Shown here piece after piece: positions 30,846 to 41,600 of a DNA stretch of 64,000 nt. The position numbers were made by a program, and so were the translations under genes. The DNA lies in NCBI GenBank assembly GCA_041483195.1, contig JBGPFC010000008.1, forward strand, positions 44,977 through 108,976, in the 5' to 3' direction. The DNA comes from Candidatus Eiseniibacteriota bacterium. GTDB taxonomy: Bacteria > Eisenbacteria > RBG-16-71-46. Every line of letters begins with the position of its first letter. Within the stretch, counting starts at the first letter, position 1. The notes beneath the pieces were generated by a model that saw only the letters and a program-made list of their open reading frames with translations, did no database searches and was not told the DNA's origin.

Positions 30846-31094
30846 CTAGGACTGGGCGGCGGCGTGTGACTTCAAGTAGTTCATCGCGTCGCCGACGGTC
30901 TTGAGCTTGTCGGCGTCCTCGTCCGGAATATCGATCCCGAACTCTTCCTCGAGCGCCATCACCAGCTCGACGATGTCGAGCGAATCGGCGCCCAGGTCTT
31001 CGATGAACTTCGCGTCCGGGGTCAACTGCTTGGCCTCGACTTCGAGTTCCTTGGCGATGATCTCCTTCACCCGGTCTTCACTGAATGTCGCCAC
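30846..31094 (-). CDS. acpP: Acyl carrier protein
   Basis: [20 protein letters not shown]; GTG start with an AGGAGG Shine-Dalgarno. Confidence 0.97.
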   Translation of the reverse strand: MATFSEDRVKEIIAKELEVEAKQLTPDAKFIEDLGADSLDIVELVMALEEEFGIDIPDEDADKLKTVGDAMNYLKSHAAAQS

Positions 31095-31139
31095 CTGATT
31101 CACCTCCTGTTGTGGTTCGAGAAGTGCCATTCCATTCGA

Positions 31140-31919
31140 CTACATCACCATTCCGCCGTCCACCGTCCACACCTGCCCGGTGACGTACGAAGCGCGCGGC
31201 GAAGCGAGAAACCCGACCACCTCCGCGACTTCCTCGGGCCGGCCCAGTCGCCCGAGCGGAATGCGTCCCAGCAAGGCGGTCTTCACCGGTTCGGGAAGCG
31301 AGGCGGTCATCTCGGTCTCGATGAAGCCGGGACACACCGCGTTCACCGTGATCGCGCGCCCGCTCAGTTCCCGGGCCAGCGACACCGTGAGGCCCAGCAG
31401 CCCCGCCTTCGAGGCCGCGTAGTTGGCCTGCCCGGGGTTTCCGATCAGGCCGACGACCGACGAGACGTTCACGATGCGGCCGTAGCGCGCCTTCATCATG
31501 GGGCGCACCACCTCGCGACAGCAACGGAAGGCGCCGGTGAGGTTGGTCTCGAGCACCTCGTGCCACTGCGCGTCGGCCATGCGCATGAACGCGCCGTCGC
31601 GCGCGAGGCCCGCGTTGTTCACGAGCACGTCGACCCGCCGCAGCTCGGCGAGCGCGGTTCCGAACGCCGATTCGACCGAGGCGGTATCGGAGACATCGGC
31701 CGCGAACGCGCGCGCCGGGTGCCCCGCGGCCCGCAGGCTCTCGACCGCGGCGCCCGCACGCTCCTGATTGCGGCCGAAGATCGCGACCGTCGCGCCGCGC
31801 GCGCCCAGCGTCCGGGCGATGGCGAGCCCGATCCCGGTCGCGCCGCCGGTGACGAACGCCACCTGCCCCGCGAGCTCCCGGCCGGCCACGGTCGCGGCGG
31901 CGCCGAGCGTTTCGGACAT
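31140..31919 (-). CDS. fabG: 3-oxoacyl-ACP reductase
   Basis: [28 protein letters not shown]. Confidence 0.95.
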   Translation of the reverse strand: MSETLGAAATVAGRELAGQVAFVTGGATGIGLAIARTLGARGATVAIFGRNQERAGAAVESLRAAGHPARAFAADVSDTASVESAFGTALAELRRVDVLVNNAGLARDGAFMRMADAQWHEVLETNLTGAFRCCREVVRPMMKARYGRIVNVSSVVGLIGNPGQANYAASKAGLLGLTVSLARELSGRAITVNAVCPGFIETEMTASLPEPVKTALLGRIPLGRLGRPEEVAEVVGFLASPRASYVTGQVWTVDGGMVM

Positions 31920-32875
31920 CAGGCCCTCCCCGCGGCCGGAAGCGCGGCGTTGAGCGCCGCCAGCGTCGCGCTCAGCGACTCCGGGTCGTCGACGTTCCAC
32001 GAGGCTGCATCGCGGTCCAGCGTGCGCAACAGGCCGCGCAGCACGCGGCCGGTGCCGACCTCGACGAAACCCTGCGCCCCGCCCGCGAGCACCAGGCGCA
32101 TCGATTCCTCCCAGCGCACGGCGCCCAGCAACTGGCGCTCGAGCGCCGAGCGGATCTCGTCGGCGCGGCGCACCGGCGCGGCATCCACGTTCGTGATGAC
32201 GGGGCAGCGCGCGTCGCGCAGCGGCGTGTCGGCGAGCGCGGCGGCCAGCCCCAGGGCGGCGGACGCCATCAGCGGCGAATGGAACGCTCCGCTCACCTCG
32301 AGCCGAATCGCGCGCTTCGCGCCCCGCGCGCGCGCGATCTCGCACGCGCGCTCCACGCCCGCGACTTCCCCCGAAATCACGATCTGCCCGGGAGCGTTGA
32401 GGTTCGCCGCCTGCACGACTCCGGCCGCCGACGCTTCCAGGCACAACGCGTCCACCGCCGTGCGATCGAGCCCCAGGATGGCCGCCATGGTGCCGGGGCG
32501 CTCGATTCCTGCGCGCTGCATGAGCTCGCCGCGACGACGCGTGAGGCGCAGCGCGTCCTCGAAGGCAATCGCACCCGCCGCGACGCATGCCGAATACTCG
32601 CCGAGACTGTGACCCGCCACCCAGTCGGGCCTGAGCCCCGCGGCCTCCAGCAGCCTGAACGCCGCGACGCTGTGCGCGAGGAGCGCGGGCTGTGCGTTCA
32701 CCGTCATGCGCAGCTCGGCTTCCGGGCCTTCCCAGCACAGGCGCGACAGCGGGAAGCCGAGCGCGCGGTCGGCCACTTCGAACGCCTCGCGAGCGAGCGC
32801 GTACTGCGTGGCGAGCGCGCGACCCATTCCGACGGCCTGCGCGCCCTGGCCCGGAAACACGAACGCGAGCTTCAC
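31919..32875 (-). CDS. fabD: Malonyl-CoA:ACP transacylase
   Basis: FPGQGAQ, GHSLGEY, VSGAFHS. Confidence 0.96.
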   Translation of the reverse strand: MKLAFVFPGQGAQAVGMGRALATQYALAREAFEVADRALGFPLSRLCWEGPEAELRMTVNAQPALLAHSVAAFRLLEAAGLRPDWVAGHSLGEYSACVAAGAIAFEDALRLTRRRGELMQRAGIERPGTMAAILGLDRTAVDALCLEASAAGVVQAANLNAPGQIVISGEVAGVERACEIARARGAKRAIRLEVSGAFHSPLMASAALGLAAALADTPLRDARCPVITNVDAAPVRRADEIRSALERQLLGAVRWEESMRLVLAGGAQGFVEVGTGRVLRGLLRTLDRDAASWNVDDPESLSATLAALNAALPAAGRA

Positions 32876-33939
32876 TCGCCCGCCCCTCGCGCCGCGGTGG
32901 CGGGCTCGGCGAGCCGGGATGCGATCCGGGTCCTGGGGGTCCAGCGCGCCACCGAGGCACCCCAGGTCACGCCGCCCCCGAACGCCATGAAACCCACGAG
33001 ATCGCCCTGCTTGAGCCGGCCTTCGCGCACCACCTCGTCGAGACTGATCGGGATCGACGCAGAGGACGTGTTGCCGTAGCGGTCGATGTTGACGATCACT
33101 TTCTCGGGCGGCGTGCCCAGCCGTTCGCGCACCGCGTCGATGATTCTCAGGTTGGCCTGATGCGGGATGATGAGGTCCAGCTCGTCTGGCGCGAGCCCCG
33201 CCACATCGAGCGCGCGGCGCATGCTGTCTTCCATGGCGCGCACCGCCACCTTGAACAGCTCCCTGCCGCGCATGTGAATGAAATGATCCCGCGCCTCGAC
33301 GGTCGCCGCCGAGGCCGGCGTGCGTGATCCCCCCGCCGGCACCTCGAGCACGCCGCCGAGTTCCCCGTCGCTCTGGATCACGATCGCGAGCAGCCCGTCG
33401 CCGGGGGCGCACGGACGCAGCACCGCCGCCCCGGCCCCGTCGCCGAACAGCACGCAGGTATTGCGGTCGGTGTAGTCCGTGATGCGCGACAGCGTCTCGA
33501 CCCCGATGACTAGCACGGTCTCGGCCTGCCCGGTGCCGATCATCCCGCGCCCGATCGAGAGCCCGTACATGAACCCGGTGCACGCCGCGAACACGTCGTA
33601 GGCCGCGGCGCGGCGCGCGCCCAGCGCGGCCTGCACCGTGCACGCGCAGGATGGCAGGACGCGGTCCGGGGTCGTGGTCGCGAGCACGATCTGATCGACG
33701 TCCATCGGCGTCAGCCCCGCGCTCTCGAGCGCGCGCCGCGCCGCGATCAGGGCGAGGTCGGAGGACGCCTGCTCGGGGGCCGCGATGCGCCGCTCGCGAA
33801 TCCCGGTGCGCTCGAGGATCCACTCGTCGGAGGTCTCGACCATTTGTTCCAGCTCGCGATTCGTGAGCACGCGATCGGGCACGTACATGCCGGTCCCCGC
33901 GATGGTCACCCCGCGCAGCGCGTCAGGCCGCGGTGTCAT
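32872..33939 (-). CDS. fabH: 3-oxoacyl-ACP synthase III
   Basis: [27 protein letters not shown]. Confidence 0.96.
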   Translation of the reverse strand: MTPRPDALRGVTIAGTGMYVPDRVLTNRELEQMVETSDEWILERTGIRERRIAAPEQASSDLALIAARRALESAGLTPMDVDQIVLATTTPDRVLPSCACTVQAALGARRAAAYDVFAACTGFMYGLSIGRGMIGTGQAETVLVIGVETLSRITDYTDRNTCVLFGDGAGAAVLRPCAPGDGLLAIVIQSDGELGGVLEVPAGGSRTPASAATVEARDHFIHMRGRELFKVAVRAMEDSMRRALDVAGLAPDELDLIIPHQANLRIIDAVRERLGTPPEKVIVNIDRYGNTSSASIPISLDEVVREGRLKQGDLVGFMAFGGGVTWGASVARWTPRTRIASRLAEPATAARGAGE

Positions 33940-34948
33940 GGTCCGCCTCGATCTCTTCCCGGATGTGCTCGTTCACGCGCTGGTCGACGAAGCGCGTCAG
34001 CGTGCGAATGGCGCTGCGAAACGCCCGCGCGCCGCTGCGGCCGTGACCGATGAAGCAGACGCCGTTGACGCCCAGCAGCGGCGCGGCGCCGAACTCTTCC
34101 CAGTCGATCTGCGCGCGGAGCCGGCGCAGCGCCGGCATCATGAACAGCGCGCCCACCCGGGCGAGGAGGTCGCGGCGCAGTTCCTCGCGCACCTTGTGCG
34201 TGAGCAGACCGACCACGCTCTCCGCGGTCTTCAGCACGACGTTGCCCGTGAATCCGTCCGTCACGACCACGTCGCAGCTGCCCTTGAACACGTCGCGGCC
34301 TTCGACGTTGCCGATGAAGTTGAGGTGCTGTGCGCGGCGCAGGAGCGGCAGCGTTTCCTGGACCAGACCATTGCCCTTCGAGTCTTCTTCGCCGATCGAG
34401 AGCAACCCGACCCGCGGGTTCTCACGCCCCAGCAGGTAGCGCGCGTAGACCGATCCCATGTGGGCGAACTGCACCAGGTAGGACGCCTTGCACTCGGCGT
34501 TGGCTCCGACGTCGAGCACCACCGTGCCGCCGGCGGGATTCGGCATGAAGGCGGCGAGCGCGGGGCGCGTCACCGATTCGAGCCGGCCGAGACCGAGCAG
34601 CGCGGTCGCGACCACCGCGCCGGTATTGCCCGCGCTGAAGATCGCATCCACGCGGCCTTCCTTGTGGAGTTGTGTGAGCATGCCGAGCGAGGTGCGGCTC
34701 TTGCGGCGCGCAGCCGCCACGGCTTTCTCGTCCATCTCGATCCGCTCGGGGGCGTGCACGACCTCGATGGGAAAGCCGCCGGCGCGCGCGTGGCTGAGCG
34801 CGGGGCGGATCTCGCTTTCGTCGCCGACCAGCGTGACGCGAAAACGGCCCGGCATCTGGCGAAACGCCAGGACCGTGCCCTCCGCCACCACCGAGGGGCC
34901 GAAGTCCCCCCCCATCGCGTCAATGCCGATGTGCGGGAGGTTGGCCAT
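33923..34948 (-). CDS. plsX: Phosphate acyltransferase PlsX
   Basis: IDAMGGD, SAGNTGA, DVGAN, DGFTGNVVLK, GHGRS. Confidence 0.96.
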   Translation of the reverse strand: MANLPHIGIDAMGGDFGPSVVAEGTVLAFRQMPGRFRVTLVGDESEIRPALSHARAGGFPIEVVHAPERIEMDEKAVAAARRKSRTSLGMLTQLHKEGRVDAIFSAGNTGAVVATALLGLGRLESVTRPALAAFMPNPAGGTVVLDVGANAECKASYLVQFAHMGSVYARYLLGRENPRVGLLSIGEEDSKGNGLVQETLPLLRRAQHLNFIGNVEGRDVFKGSCDVVVTDGFTGNVVLKTAESVVGLLTHKVREELRRDLLARVGALFMMPALRRLRAQIDWEEFGAAPLLGVNGVCFIGHGRSGARAFRSAIRTLTRFVDQRVNEHIREEIEADHDTAA

Positions 34949-34965
34949 GGATGGCGCCGGTCACC

Positions 34966-35148
34966 CTACTCTTCGCGCGGCGGTGTGATCTCTTCGCCGT
35001 CGTAGTAGCCGCAGTTGGCACAGATGCGGTGCGGCTGCTTGGGGCTGCTGCAGTGGCTGCAGGCATTGAGGCCCGGAGCCTTGAGCTTCCAGTGCGTGCG
35101 CCGCTTCTTGCCGCGCGTGCTCGAATGCCGCCGCTTCGGTACCGCCAT
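34966..35148 (-). CDS. rpmF: 50S ribosomal protein L32 (Zn-ribbon type)
   Basis: MAVPKRRHS...CSHC...HRICANCGYY. Confidence 0.97.
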   Translation of the reverse strand: MAVPKRRHSSTRGKKRRTHWKLKAPGLNACSHCSSPKQPHRICANCGYYDGEEITPPREE

Positions 35149-35196
35149 GAATTCATCCTCCCTCGCGCCGCGCGGTCACCCGCCGCTCTCCGGCGC

Positions 35197-35664
35197 TCAG
35201 CTGTGTGCGCAGGGCTCCAGGTTGCGGTCCGCCCCACAGACGGGGCACAGACCCCGGCAATCCTCGCGACAGTGGGGCGCGAGCGGTAGCTCGAGCAGCA
35301 ACGTCTCGCGCGCCTCGTCGCTCATGTCCAGGTGCCGGCCGTCGTGGAACTTCATGTAGTGATCCCGTTCGAGCGCCTCTTCCTCGAAGCGCCGGCCCGA
35401 ACTGGATCGCTCGGCGTAGAGATCGAGCTGCGGCGTCACATGCAGCTCGAACCCACGCAGGCAGCGCACGCACTCGAGCGCGGCCACGGCATCCAGCCGG
35501 CCCCGTACCGAGACCTGCTCGCCGTTCTTTTCGACCTCGAACGTACCCCGGACCCGACCCGACCACTCCGCTTGCGGGAGGCCCAATTCGGCGGCCTCGC
35601 ACTCGAGACCCAGCCGATGCCAGCCGGGGGAGAGTGCCGCGAGGTCAATCGAAAATGCGGACAT
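35197..35664 (-). CDS. yceD: DUF177/YceD family protein
   Basis: ECVRCL and CREDCRGLCPVCGADRN; upstream of rpmF. Confidence 0.92.
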   Translation of the reverse strand: MSAFSIDLAALSPGWHRLGLECEAAELGLPQAEWSGRVRGTFEVEKNGEQVSVRGRLDAVAALECVRCLRGFELHVTPQLDLYAERSSSGRRFEEEALERDHYMKFHDGRHLDMSDEARETLLLELPLAPHCREDCRGLCPVCGADRNLEPCAHS

Positions 35665-35769
35665 ACAAAATGAGCCCGCCAGAGCGGGGCCCGGAATGTG
35701 GGCAACCTAACACAGCCCCCGGCTTTCGTCTAGACGAGCGGGCCCGCCAAGCTGACCGCCGCGAGCGCA

Positions 35770-36192
35770 TCAGCGCGAGAGCGCGGCGACCCCGAAAAAC
35801 AGCTTCACCTCGCGCTCGCCGCTCGCGGGACCGTCCGAGGCGTGCACCGAATTGCGCCCCTTGCTCTCGGCGTACAGCTTGCGGATGGTGCCCGCCGCCG
35901 CTTGCTCCGGATCGGTCGCGCCGATGACCTCACGCAGGAAGGCGACCGCGCTCTCGCGCTCGAGGCAGGTCAGCATCACGGGGCCAGAGGTCATGAAGTC
36001 GACCAGCTCGTTGAAGAACGGCTTTCCCAGGTGTTCGGCGTAGAAGGTCTGGGCCTCCTCGCGGGTCATGCGGCCGAAGCGCGCTTCGACGATGCGGAAC
36101 CCGCGCTCCTCGACATGGGCGAGGATCTTCCCAATCAGGTTTCGCTGGACCGCATCGGGTTTGACGATGAACAGGGTGCGCTCGACTGCCAA
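35770..36192 (-). CDS. ndk: Nucleoside diphosphate kinase
   Basis: ERTLFIVKPDAV, FMTSGPV, NSVHASD. Confidence 0.96.
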   Translation of the reverse strand: MAVERTLFIVKPDAVQRNLIGKILAHVEERGFRIVEARFGRMTREEAQTFYAEHLGKPFFNELVDFMTSGPVMLTCLERESAVAFLREVIGATDPEQAAAGTIRKLYAESKGRNSVHASDGPASGEREVKLFFGVAALSR

Positions 36193-36235
36193 GGTGCTCT
36201 CCTTCGGGTTGTGGGACTCCGTTCGGAGTCCCGTA

Positions 36236-37318
36236 TCAGGGCGTGCCGGGGCGTCTCCGGGGACGGCGCTTGCGGGCCGCGGCCGCTTTGGTGCGCGCGC
36301 CGCGCGCGGTGGCCCCCACGCGCCCGCGCCGCGAAGCCGACCGCGGACCCGACGCGCGTGGCCGGGTGGCGGACGCTCGCCGCGCTGGCGCGCCGGGCTT
36401 CGCGGCGACGCGCGCGCGATGACGCCGTCGCTCCAGCGCTTCCGCGATCAGCGATGGGATTTCGGATGGAATGCGGGCGACCGGGACGCCGGCGGCCGCG
36501 AAGGCCGCCATCTTCTCCGCCGCCGTGCCGGTCCCGCCCGAGATGATGGCGCCCGCGTGACCCATGCGCTTGCCGGCCGGGGCCGTCTGCCCGGCGATGA
36601 AGGCGACCACCGGCTTCTTCACGTGGCGGCGGATGAAGAGCGCGGCCTCTTCCTCATCGGTTCCGCCGATCTCCCCCATCAGTACGATCGCCTCGGTGTG
36701 CGGGTCGGCTTCGAACAACGCGAGCGAGTCGATGAAGTTCGTGCCGATCACCGGATCGCCGCCGATGCCGAGGCAGGTGCTCTGTCCGAGCCCGGCGCGG
36801 GTGAGCTGGTGGACGACCTCGTACGTGAGCGTTCCGCTGCGCGACACCACGCCCACCGGCCCGGGCTTCGCGATGTGCCCGGGCATGATGCCGACCTTCG
36901 ACAACCCGGGCGAGAGCAGCCCCGGACAGTTCGGTCCCACCAGCCGCGGCCGCCCGTTGCCGTTGCGCTCGCGCAGCCGTGCGATGTGGTGATAGGCCGC
37001 CGTCGCGTCGCGCACCGGAACCCCCTCGGTGATGCACACGATCAGCGCGAGTCCGGCGTCGGCGGCCTCGAAGATGGCGTCGGCCGCGAACGGGGCGGGC
37101 ACGTAGATGACCGACGCGTTCGCGCGCGTCGCGGCGACGGCCTCGGCGACGCTGTCGTACACCGGGACGCCGTGCACGCGCTCGCCCCCCTTGCCGGGCG
37201 TGACCCCGGCCACGACGCGCGTGCCGTATGCGAGCATCTGCTCCGTGTGGAACGCGCCGTCGCGGCCGGTGATGCCCTGCACCACGAGTCGCGTGCTCTT
37301 GTCGACGAGGATGCTCAC
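36236..37318 (-). CDS. sucD: Succinate-CoA ligase subunit alpha (with a basic C-terminal tail)
   Basis: [34 protein letters not shown]; GTG start at 37318. Confidence 0.96.
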   Translation of the reverse strand: MSILVDKSTRLVVQGITGRDGAFHTEQMLAYGTRVVAGVTPGKGGERVHGVPVYDSVAEAVAATRANASVIYVPAPFAADAIFEAADAGLALIVCITEGVPVRDATAAYHHIARLRERNGNGRPRLVGPNCPGLLSPGLSKVGIMPGHIAKPGPVGVVSRSGTLTYEVVHQLTRAGLGQSTCLGIGGDPVIGTNFIDSLALFEADPHTEAIVLMGEIGGTDEEEAALFIRRHVKKPVVAFIAGQTAPAGKRMGHAGAIISGGTGTAAEKMAAFAAAGVPVARIPSEIPSLIAEALERRRHRARVAAKPGAPARRASATRPRASGPRSASRRGRVGATARGARTKAAAARKRRPRRRPGTP

Positions 37319-38475
37319 GCGCCCACCTCCTGCGCCTTCGCGATCACGGCGCGCACACCCTCGTCCATGCTGGTCGTGGCCGAGAGTCCGTGATCCGCGA
37401 GGATCTTGCGCGCCAGCTCCTCGTTGGTGCCGGTGAGGCGGATGACCAGCGGCACCTCGAGCGGAGATTCGGCGAGCGACTGGACGATGCCGTTGGCGAC
37501 GTCGTCGCAACGCGTGATGCCGCCGAAGATGTTGAAGAGGATCGCCCGCACCCGCGAGCCCCGCTCGCCGTCGCGCGCGTCGGTGGTGATGATCCGGAGC
37601 GCGGCCGTCACCTTGTCCGGGTTCGACGAGCCGCCGATGTCGAGGAAATTGGCGGGCTCGCCCCCGTAGTGCTTGACCAGGTCCATGGTCGCCATGGCCA
37701 GACCCGCCCCGTTCACGACGCAGCCGATGTCGCCGTCGAGCTTCACGTAGGAGAGTCCCTTCTCGCGGGCGAGCCGCGCGCCCGCCGTCTCCTCGTCCGG
37801 ATCGCGCCAGGTGGCCCAGTCGCGATGCCGGAAGTCGGCGTTGTCGTCGAGGATCACCTTGGCGTCGAGGGCGACGACCCTGCCCTCCGGCGTGATCGCG
37901 AGTGGATTGATCTCGGCGAGCTGGCAGTCGGCCTCCTGGTACACGCGCCACAGCTTGAGCAGCACGTCGGCCGCCTGCTGCACCAGCTTGCCGTCCTTCA
38001 GCACCGGCTGAAACAGGGCGCGCGCCTCGTAGGGCCTGAGGCCCTCGAGCGGAATCGGGCGCCTGAGGATCTTCTCGGGAGCGGTGCGCGCGACCTCCTC
38101 GATCTCGACTCCGCCCTCCGCCGACAGCATGATGAGCGGCAGCTTGCGGCTGCGATCGAGCACGATCGAGAGGTAGAGCTCGCGCGCGATCTCGGCGGCC
38201 TGCGCCACCAGCACCTTCCGCACCCTGAGCCCCTTGATGGTGAGCGCGAGGATGTCGCGAGCCTTCTCGAACGCCTCATCGGGCGAGTGCGCGAGCTTCA
38301 CGCCGCCCGCCTTGCCGCGCCCTCCCACCAGAACCTGGGCCTTGATCACGACCGTCCCGCCGATCGAGGCCGCCACGTCGCGCGCCTCCTCGGGAGTGCT
38401 CGCGACCTGCCCGGGCAGCACCGGCAGGCCGAAGCGGGCGAACAACTCCTTTGCCTGGTACTCGTGAAGGTTCAT
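37315..38475 (-). CDS. sucC: Succinate-CoA ligase subunit beta
   Basis: [40 protein letters not shown]. Confidence 0.97.
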   Translation of the reverse strand: MNLHEYQAKELFARFGLPVLPGQVASTPEEARDVAASIGGTVVIKAQVLVGGRGKAGGVKLAHSPDEAFEKARDILALTIKGLRVRKVLVAQAAEIARELYLSIVLDRSRKLPLIMLSAEGGVEIEEVARTAPEKILRRPIPLEGLRPYEARALFQPVLKDGKLVQQAADVLLKLWRVYQEADCQLAEINPLAITPEGRVVALDAKVILDDNADFRHRDWATWRDPDEETAGARLAREKGLSYVKLDGDIGCVVNGAGLAMATMDLVKHYGGEPANFLDIGGSSNPDKVTAALRIITTDARDGERGSRVRAILFNIFGGITRCDDVANGIVQSLAESPLEVPLVIRLTGTNEELARKILADHGLSATTSMDEGVRAVIAKAQEVGA

Positions 38476-38509
38476 GTCTCCCTCGGTCCGCGGGCCGCCC
38501 GCCTGGCGA

Positions 38510-39994
38510 TCAGTTGTTGTCGATCTGGGCCCGCTGCAGGCGGCCGCTGAAATCCACGTAGATGCTCTTCCACTCGGTGAAGGGGTCGAGCATGGTGTGA
38601 CCCGCTTCGCGATGGCCGTTTCCGGTGCCGCGCGTCCCGCCGAACGGCAGATGGGTCTCGGCGCCGGTGGTGCCGTGATTGACGTAGACGATGCCGGTGT
38701 CGAGATCCCGCATCGCGGTGAATGCGCGATTGACGTCGGCCGTGAAGATCGAGGACGAGAGCCCGTAGGCCGATGCGTTGTTGACCTCGACCGCATGCTC
38801 GAGCCCGCGCACCTTCACCATCGCCAGCACCGGGCCGAAGATCTCTTCGACGGCGATGCGCGCGTCGGGCGCGACGCCGGTGAAGACGGTCGGACGGTAG
38901 AAGTGACCCTTCGCGAGCGCGGCGTCCGATGGACGCTCGCCGCCGGCCTCGATCCGCCCGCCCTCGGCGAGCCCGATCCGCACGTAGCTCTCCACCGTCT
39001 GCACCTGCCCCGCGTTGATGAGCGGGCCCACCTCGGTCGCGGGATCGAGTCCGTCTCCCAGCCGCAGCTGTTTCGCGCGCGCGGCCACCCGCTGCGCCAG
39101 CTCGTCGTGCACGCGCTCGTGCACCAGCACCCGGCTGCACGCCGTGCACCGCTGGCCGGTGGTCCCGAACGCGCTCCAGACGATGGCGTCGGTCGCGAGT
39201 CCGAGATCGGCGTCCTCCATCACGATCACCGCGTTCTTGCCGCCCATCTCGAGCGAGACCCGCTTGCCCAGCTTCCCGGCGCGCTCGTTGATCGAGAGCC
39301 CGACCTCGGTCGAACCGGTGAAGGAGATCACGTGGATCCCGCGATGCTCGACCATGGGATGGCCGACCTGCGATCCGCTGCCGAACACGAGATTGAGCAC
39401 GCCCGACGGGAGCCCGGCCTCCTCGAAGATCTTCGTGAAGTGGAATGCCATCTCGGGCGTGTCCCCGGCGGGCTTGAACACCGCGGTATTGCCCGCCACC
39501 AGCGCCGGCATCAGCTTCCACGAGGGAATCGCGAATGGAAAATTCCAGGGGGTGATGATCCCGGCGACGCCGACCGGCGCGCGGACCGACATCGCCCACT
39601 TGTTCGGCATCTCGCTCGGGGTGGTGACGCCGTACATGCGACGCCCCTCGCCGGCCGCGAGGTAGGCCATGTCGATGCCCTCCTGCACGTCGCCGCGGGT
39701 CTCGGCGAGCACCTTGCCCATCTCGCGCGTCATCGCGCGAGCCAGCTCTTCCTTGCGCGCGCGGATGATCTCGCCCGCGCGGTAGACGATCTCCGCGCGC
39801 TTGGGCGCCGGCGTGAGGCGCCATCCGCGGTAGGCGGCGGCGGCAGCCTGCACGGCGTCGTCCACGTCTTCGGGACCGGACGCCGGAAAGCTCCCCAGCG
39901 CCTCGCCGGTGGCCGGGTTGTGATTCACGAAGGTCTTGCCGGAGCGCGCGGAAATCCAGCGCCCCCCGAGATAATTCAGGAAGGTGTCAGGCAT
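38510..39994 (-). CDS. NAD(P)-dependent aldehyde dehydrogenase
   Basis: ITPWNFP, FTGSTEVG, EMGGKN, GQRCTAC, EEIFGP, PFGG. Confidence 0.93.
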   Translation of the reverse strand: MPDTFLNYLGGRWISARSGKTFVNHNPATGEALGSFPASGPEDVDDAVQAAAAAYRGWRLTPAPKRAEIVYRAGEIIRARKEELARAMTREMGKVLAETRGDVQEGIDMAYLAAGEGRRMYGVTTPSEMPNKWAMSVRAPVGVAGIITPWNFPFAIPSWKLMPALVAGNTAVFKPAGDTPEMAFHFTKIFEEAGLPSGVLNLVFGSGSQVGHPMVEHRGIHVISFTGSTEVGLSINERAGKLGKRVSLEMGGKNAVIVMEDADLGLATDAIVWSAFGTTGQRCTACSRVLVHERVHDELAQRVAARAKQLRLGDGLDPATEVGPLINAGQVQTVESYVRIGLAEGGRIEAGGERPSDAALAKGHFYRPTVFTGVAPDARIAVEEIFGPVLAMVKVRGLEHAVEVNNASAYGLSSSIFTADVNRAFTAMRDLDTGIVYVNHGTTGAETHLPFGGTRGTGNGHREAGHTMLDPFTEWKSIYVDFSGRLQRAQIDNN

Positions 39995-40209
39995 GGGTCT
40001 TCTCCAGGGCGGGGCGCGCGGCCGCGGTCAGGGCTCGATCGGGAGACCGCTTCAGGAAGGCGTGCATGCACCCAGCCAAAAGGACGGGATAAGGTACTGG
40101 CGCGCCACGCGCGACGCAAGCATGAACGGTCCACCTATCCGTCCGCTACGCAGGCTCGCGCCTCTACGTGCCCCCGAAGACAGCGTACGCGGTAAAGATT
40201 CCCCGGGCT

Positions 40210-40419
40210 CTACTTCTTGTCCGCGTCGGCGGTCTTCTCGGACGACGGACCCGCCGCCGAGCCGTCGGTCCTCCCAGGCGATGGACCGGTGGCCGAGCCG
40301 CCTTTCGGTGGGCGCGGATCTCTTGGTCCGGATGTCGGCTGATATCCGAATCTTCCATGCCGTGGAGCCGTCGGTGCCGGTCTCGGACCTTTGTCCTTGC
40401 GATTGATCTTGTCGCTCAT
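40210..40419 (-). CDS. Small disordered peptide with GYQP...PPKGGS motifs
   Basis: ATG 1 nt after the DUF6338 stop, with a GGAGG Shine-Dalgarno at 40426-40430; 69 aa. Confidence 0.6.
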   Translation of the reverse strand: MSDKINRKDKGPRPAPTAPRHGRFGYQPTSGPRDPRPPKGGSATGPSPGRTDGSAAGPSSEKTADADKK

Positions 40420-40420
40420 C

Positions 40421-41014
40421 TCAGTCCTCCGCTTCGAAGAACTCCATGAACTGGCAGTCCTCCATTCTCAAGACCATCCCAAAGTTCCCTTCAACTCTCT
40501 CCACAAACTGGCGTTGCGTGTTCACCCGCCAAACATCTTCGACGTAGACCTCTTGCGGCACGGGATAGGACGAGGCGAATGACCGCACGCCAAAGTAACC
40601 GCCGAATCGTTCACCATTCTTCATGTGGAAGAGCATCCAGCACGCCCGCCTCTTCGAGAAGAAGTAGTCCCACGCGGATCGGAAGGGGTGCTGAATCCAG
40701 CGGGTTGCGAATCGGGACATTCGAATGTGAAACACGAGAATGGCAAGTGTGGCTGGCGAAAGCACAAGAATTAGTAGCGTGGCGATAGCGAATCGAACCG
40801 GGTGTTCAGTCAGCGCGCGACTCGCAACAAGCCATGCGACAAGCCAGAACCACAGCCCTAAATTGAGCATGCTGAAGGTGATCGCCTCGAGGATCGCGGC
40901 GCCAGGGTCTCTCGACTCTGAGGGCACGAGGAGGTCGTAGGTCTTGAGCGCTACGAACCCCGGCACAACGAAGGCGACGAAGAGTTGGAGGCTCTTGAAG
41001 GTAAGCTCGGGCAT
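40421..41014 (-). CDS. DUF6338-like membrane protein
   Basis: FVVPGF N-terminal TM, three TM helices, then AWDYFF...NGERFGGYFG..SFASSYP...YVEDVW; visibly more AT-rich than the flanks. Confidence 0.8.
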   Translation of the reverse strand: MPELTFKSLQLFVAFVVPGFVALKTYDLLVPSESRDPGAAILEAITFSMLNLGLWFWLVAWLVASRALTEHPVRFAIATLLILVLSPATLAILVFHIRMSRFATRWIQHPFRSAWDYFFSKRRACWMLFHMKNGERFGGYFGVRSFASSYPVPQEVYVEDVWRVNTQRQFVERVEGNFGMVLRMEDCQFMEFFEAED

Positions 41015-41111
41015 GATCCCTCCCTACACGGGGGGCGAAGTATCTACTCAACGTCCCGAGGGAGCAGGATACACGAACGGCGAATGAATCAGATCTGGCT
41101 CGCCGAGTGCT

Positions 41112-41600
41112 CTACTCCTCCAGCGCCGACTTGCCTTCGACGATGCGCCGCACCAGCGCGGAAGTGCTGAGGCCCTCGCGCAGCGGGACGCTCACCACCC
41201 GGCCGCCGCGCGACTCCACGAATTCGCGGCCCACGATCTGTTCCACCGCCCAGTCGCCGCCCTTCGCGAGCACGTCGGGCGCGACCTCGCGGATCAGGCG
41301 CTCGGGAGTGTCGTCATCGAAGATCACCGCCAGATCCACGCACGCGAGCGCCTCGAGCAGCCGGGCGCGCTCGCCCTGCGGCTGAAGCGGCCGAGTCGGC
41401 CCCTTCAGCCGCCGCACCGAGGCATCGGAGTTGACTCCCACCACCAGCCGGTCGCCCAGCGCGCGCGCCGCTTCGAGGTACTCGACGTGGCCGACGTGGA
41501 GCAGATCGAAGACGCCGTTCGTGAAGACGATGCGCTCGCCAGACAGGCGCCAGCGCTCGATCGCCTCGCGCGCCTCGCGCGGCAGGACCGGCTCGGTCAC
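41112..41600 (-). CDS. rfaE2: D-glycero-beta-D-manno-heptose 1-phosphate adenylyltransferase
   Basis: FTNGVFDLLHVGH, NSDASVRRLKG, KGGDW; GTG start at 41600. Confidence 0.94.
   Translation of the reverse strand: MTEPVLPREAREAIERWRLSGERIVFTNGVFDLLHVGHVEYLEAARALGDRLVVGVNSDASVRRLKGPTRPLQPQGERARLLEALACVDLAVIFDDDTPERLIREVAPDVLAKGGDWAVEQIVGREFVESRGGRVVSVPLREGLSTSALVRRIVEGKSALEE

Noticed and set aside
40000-41111. Mobile element boundaries around the DUF6338 cassette
   Set aside because: No transposase, integrase, terminal inverted repeats or target-site duplication could be identified.
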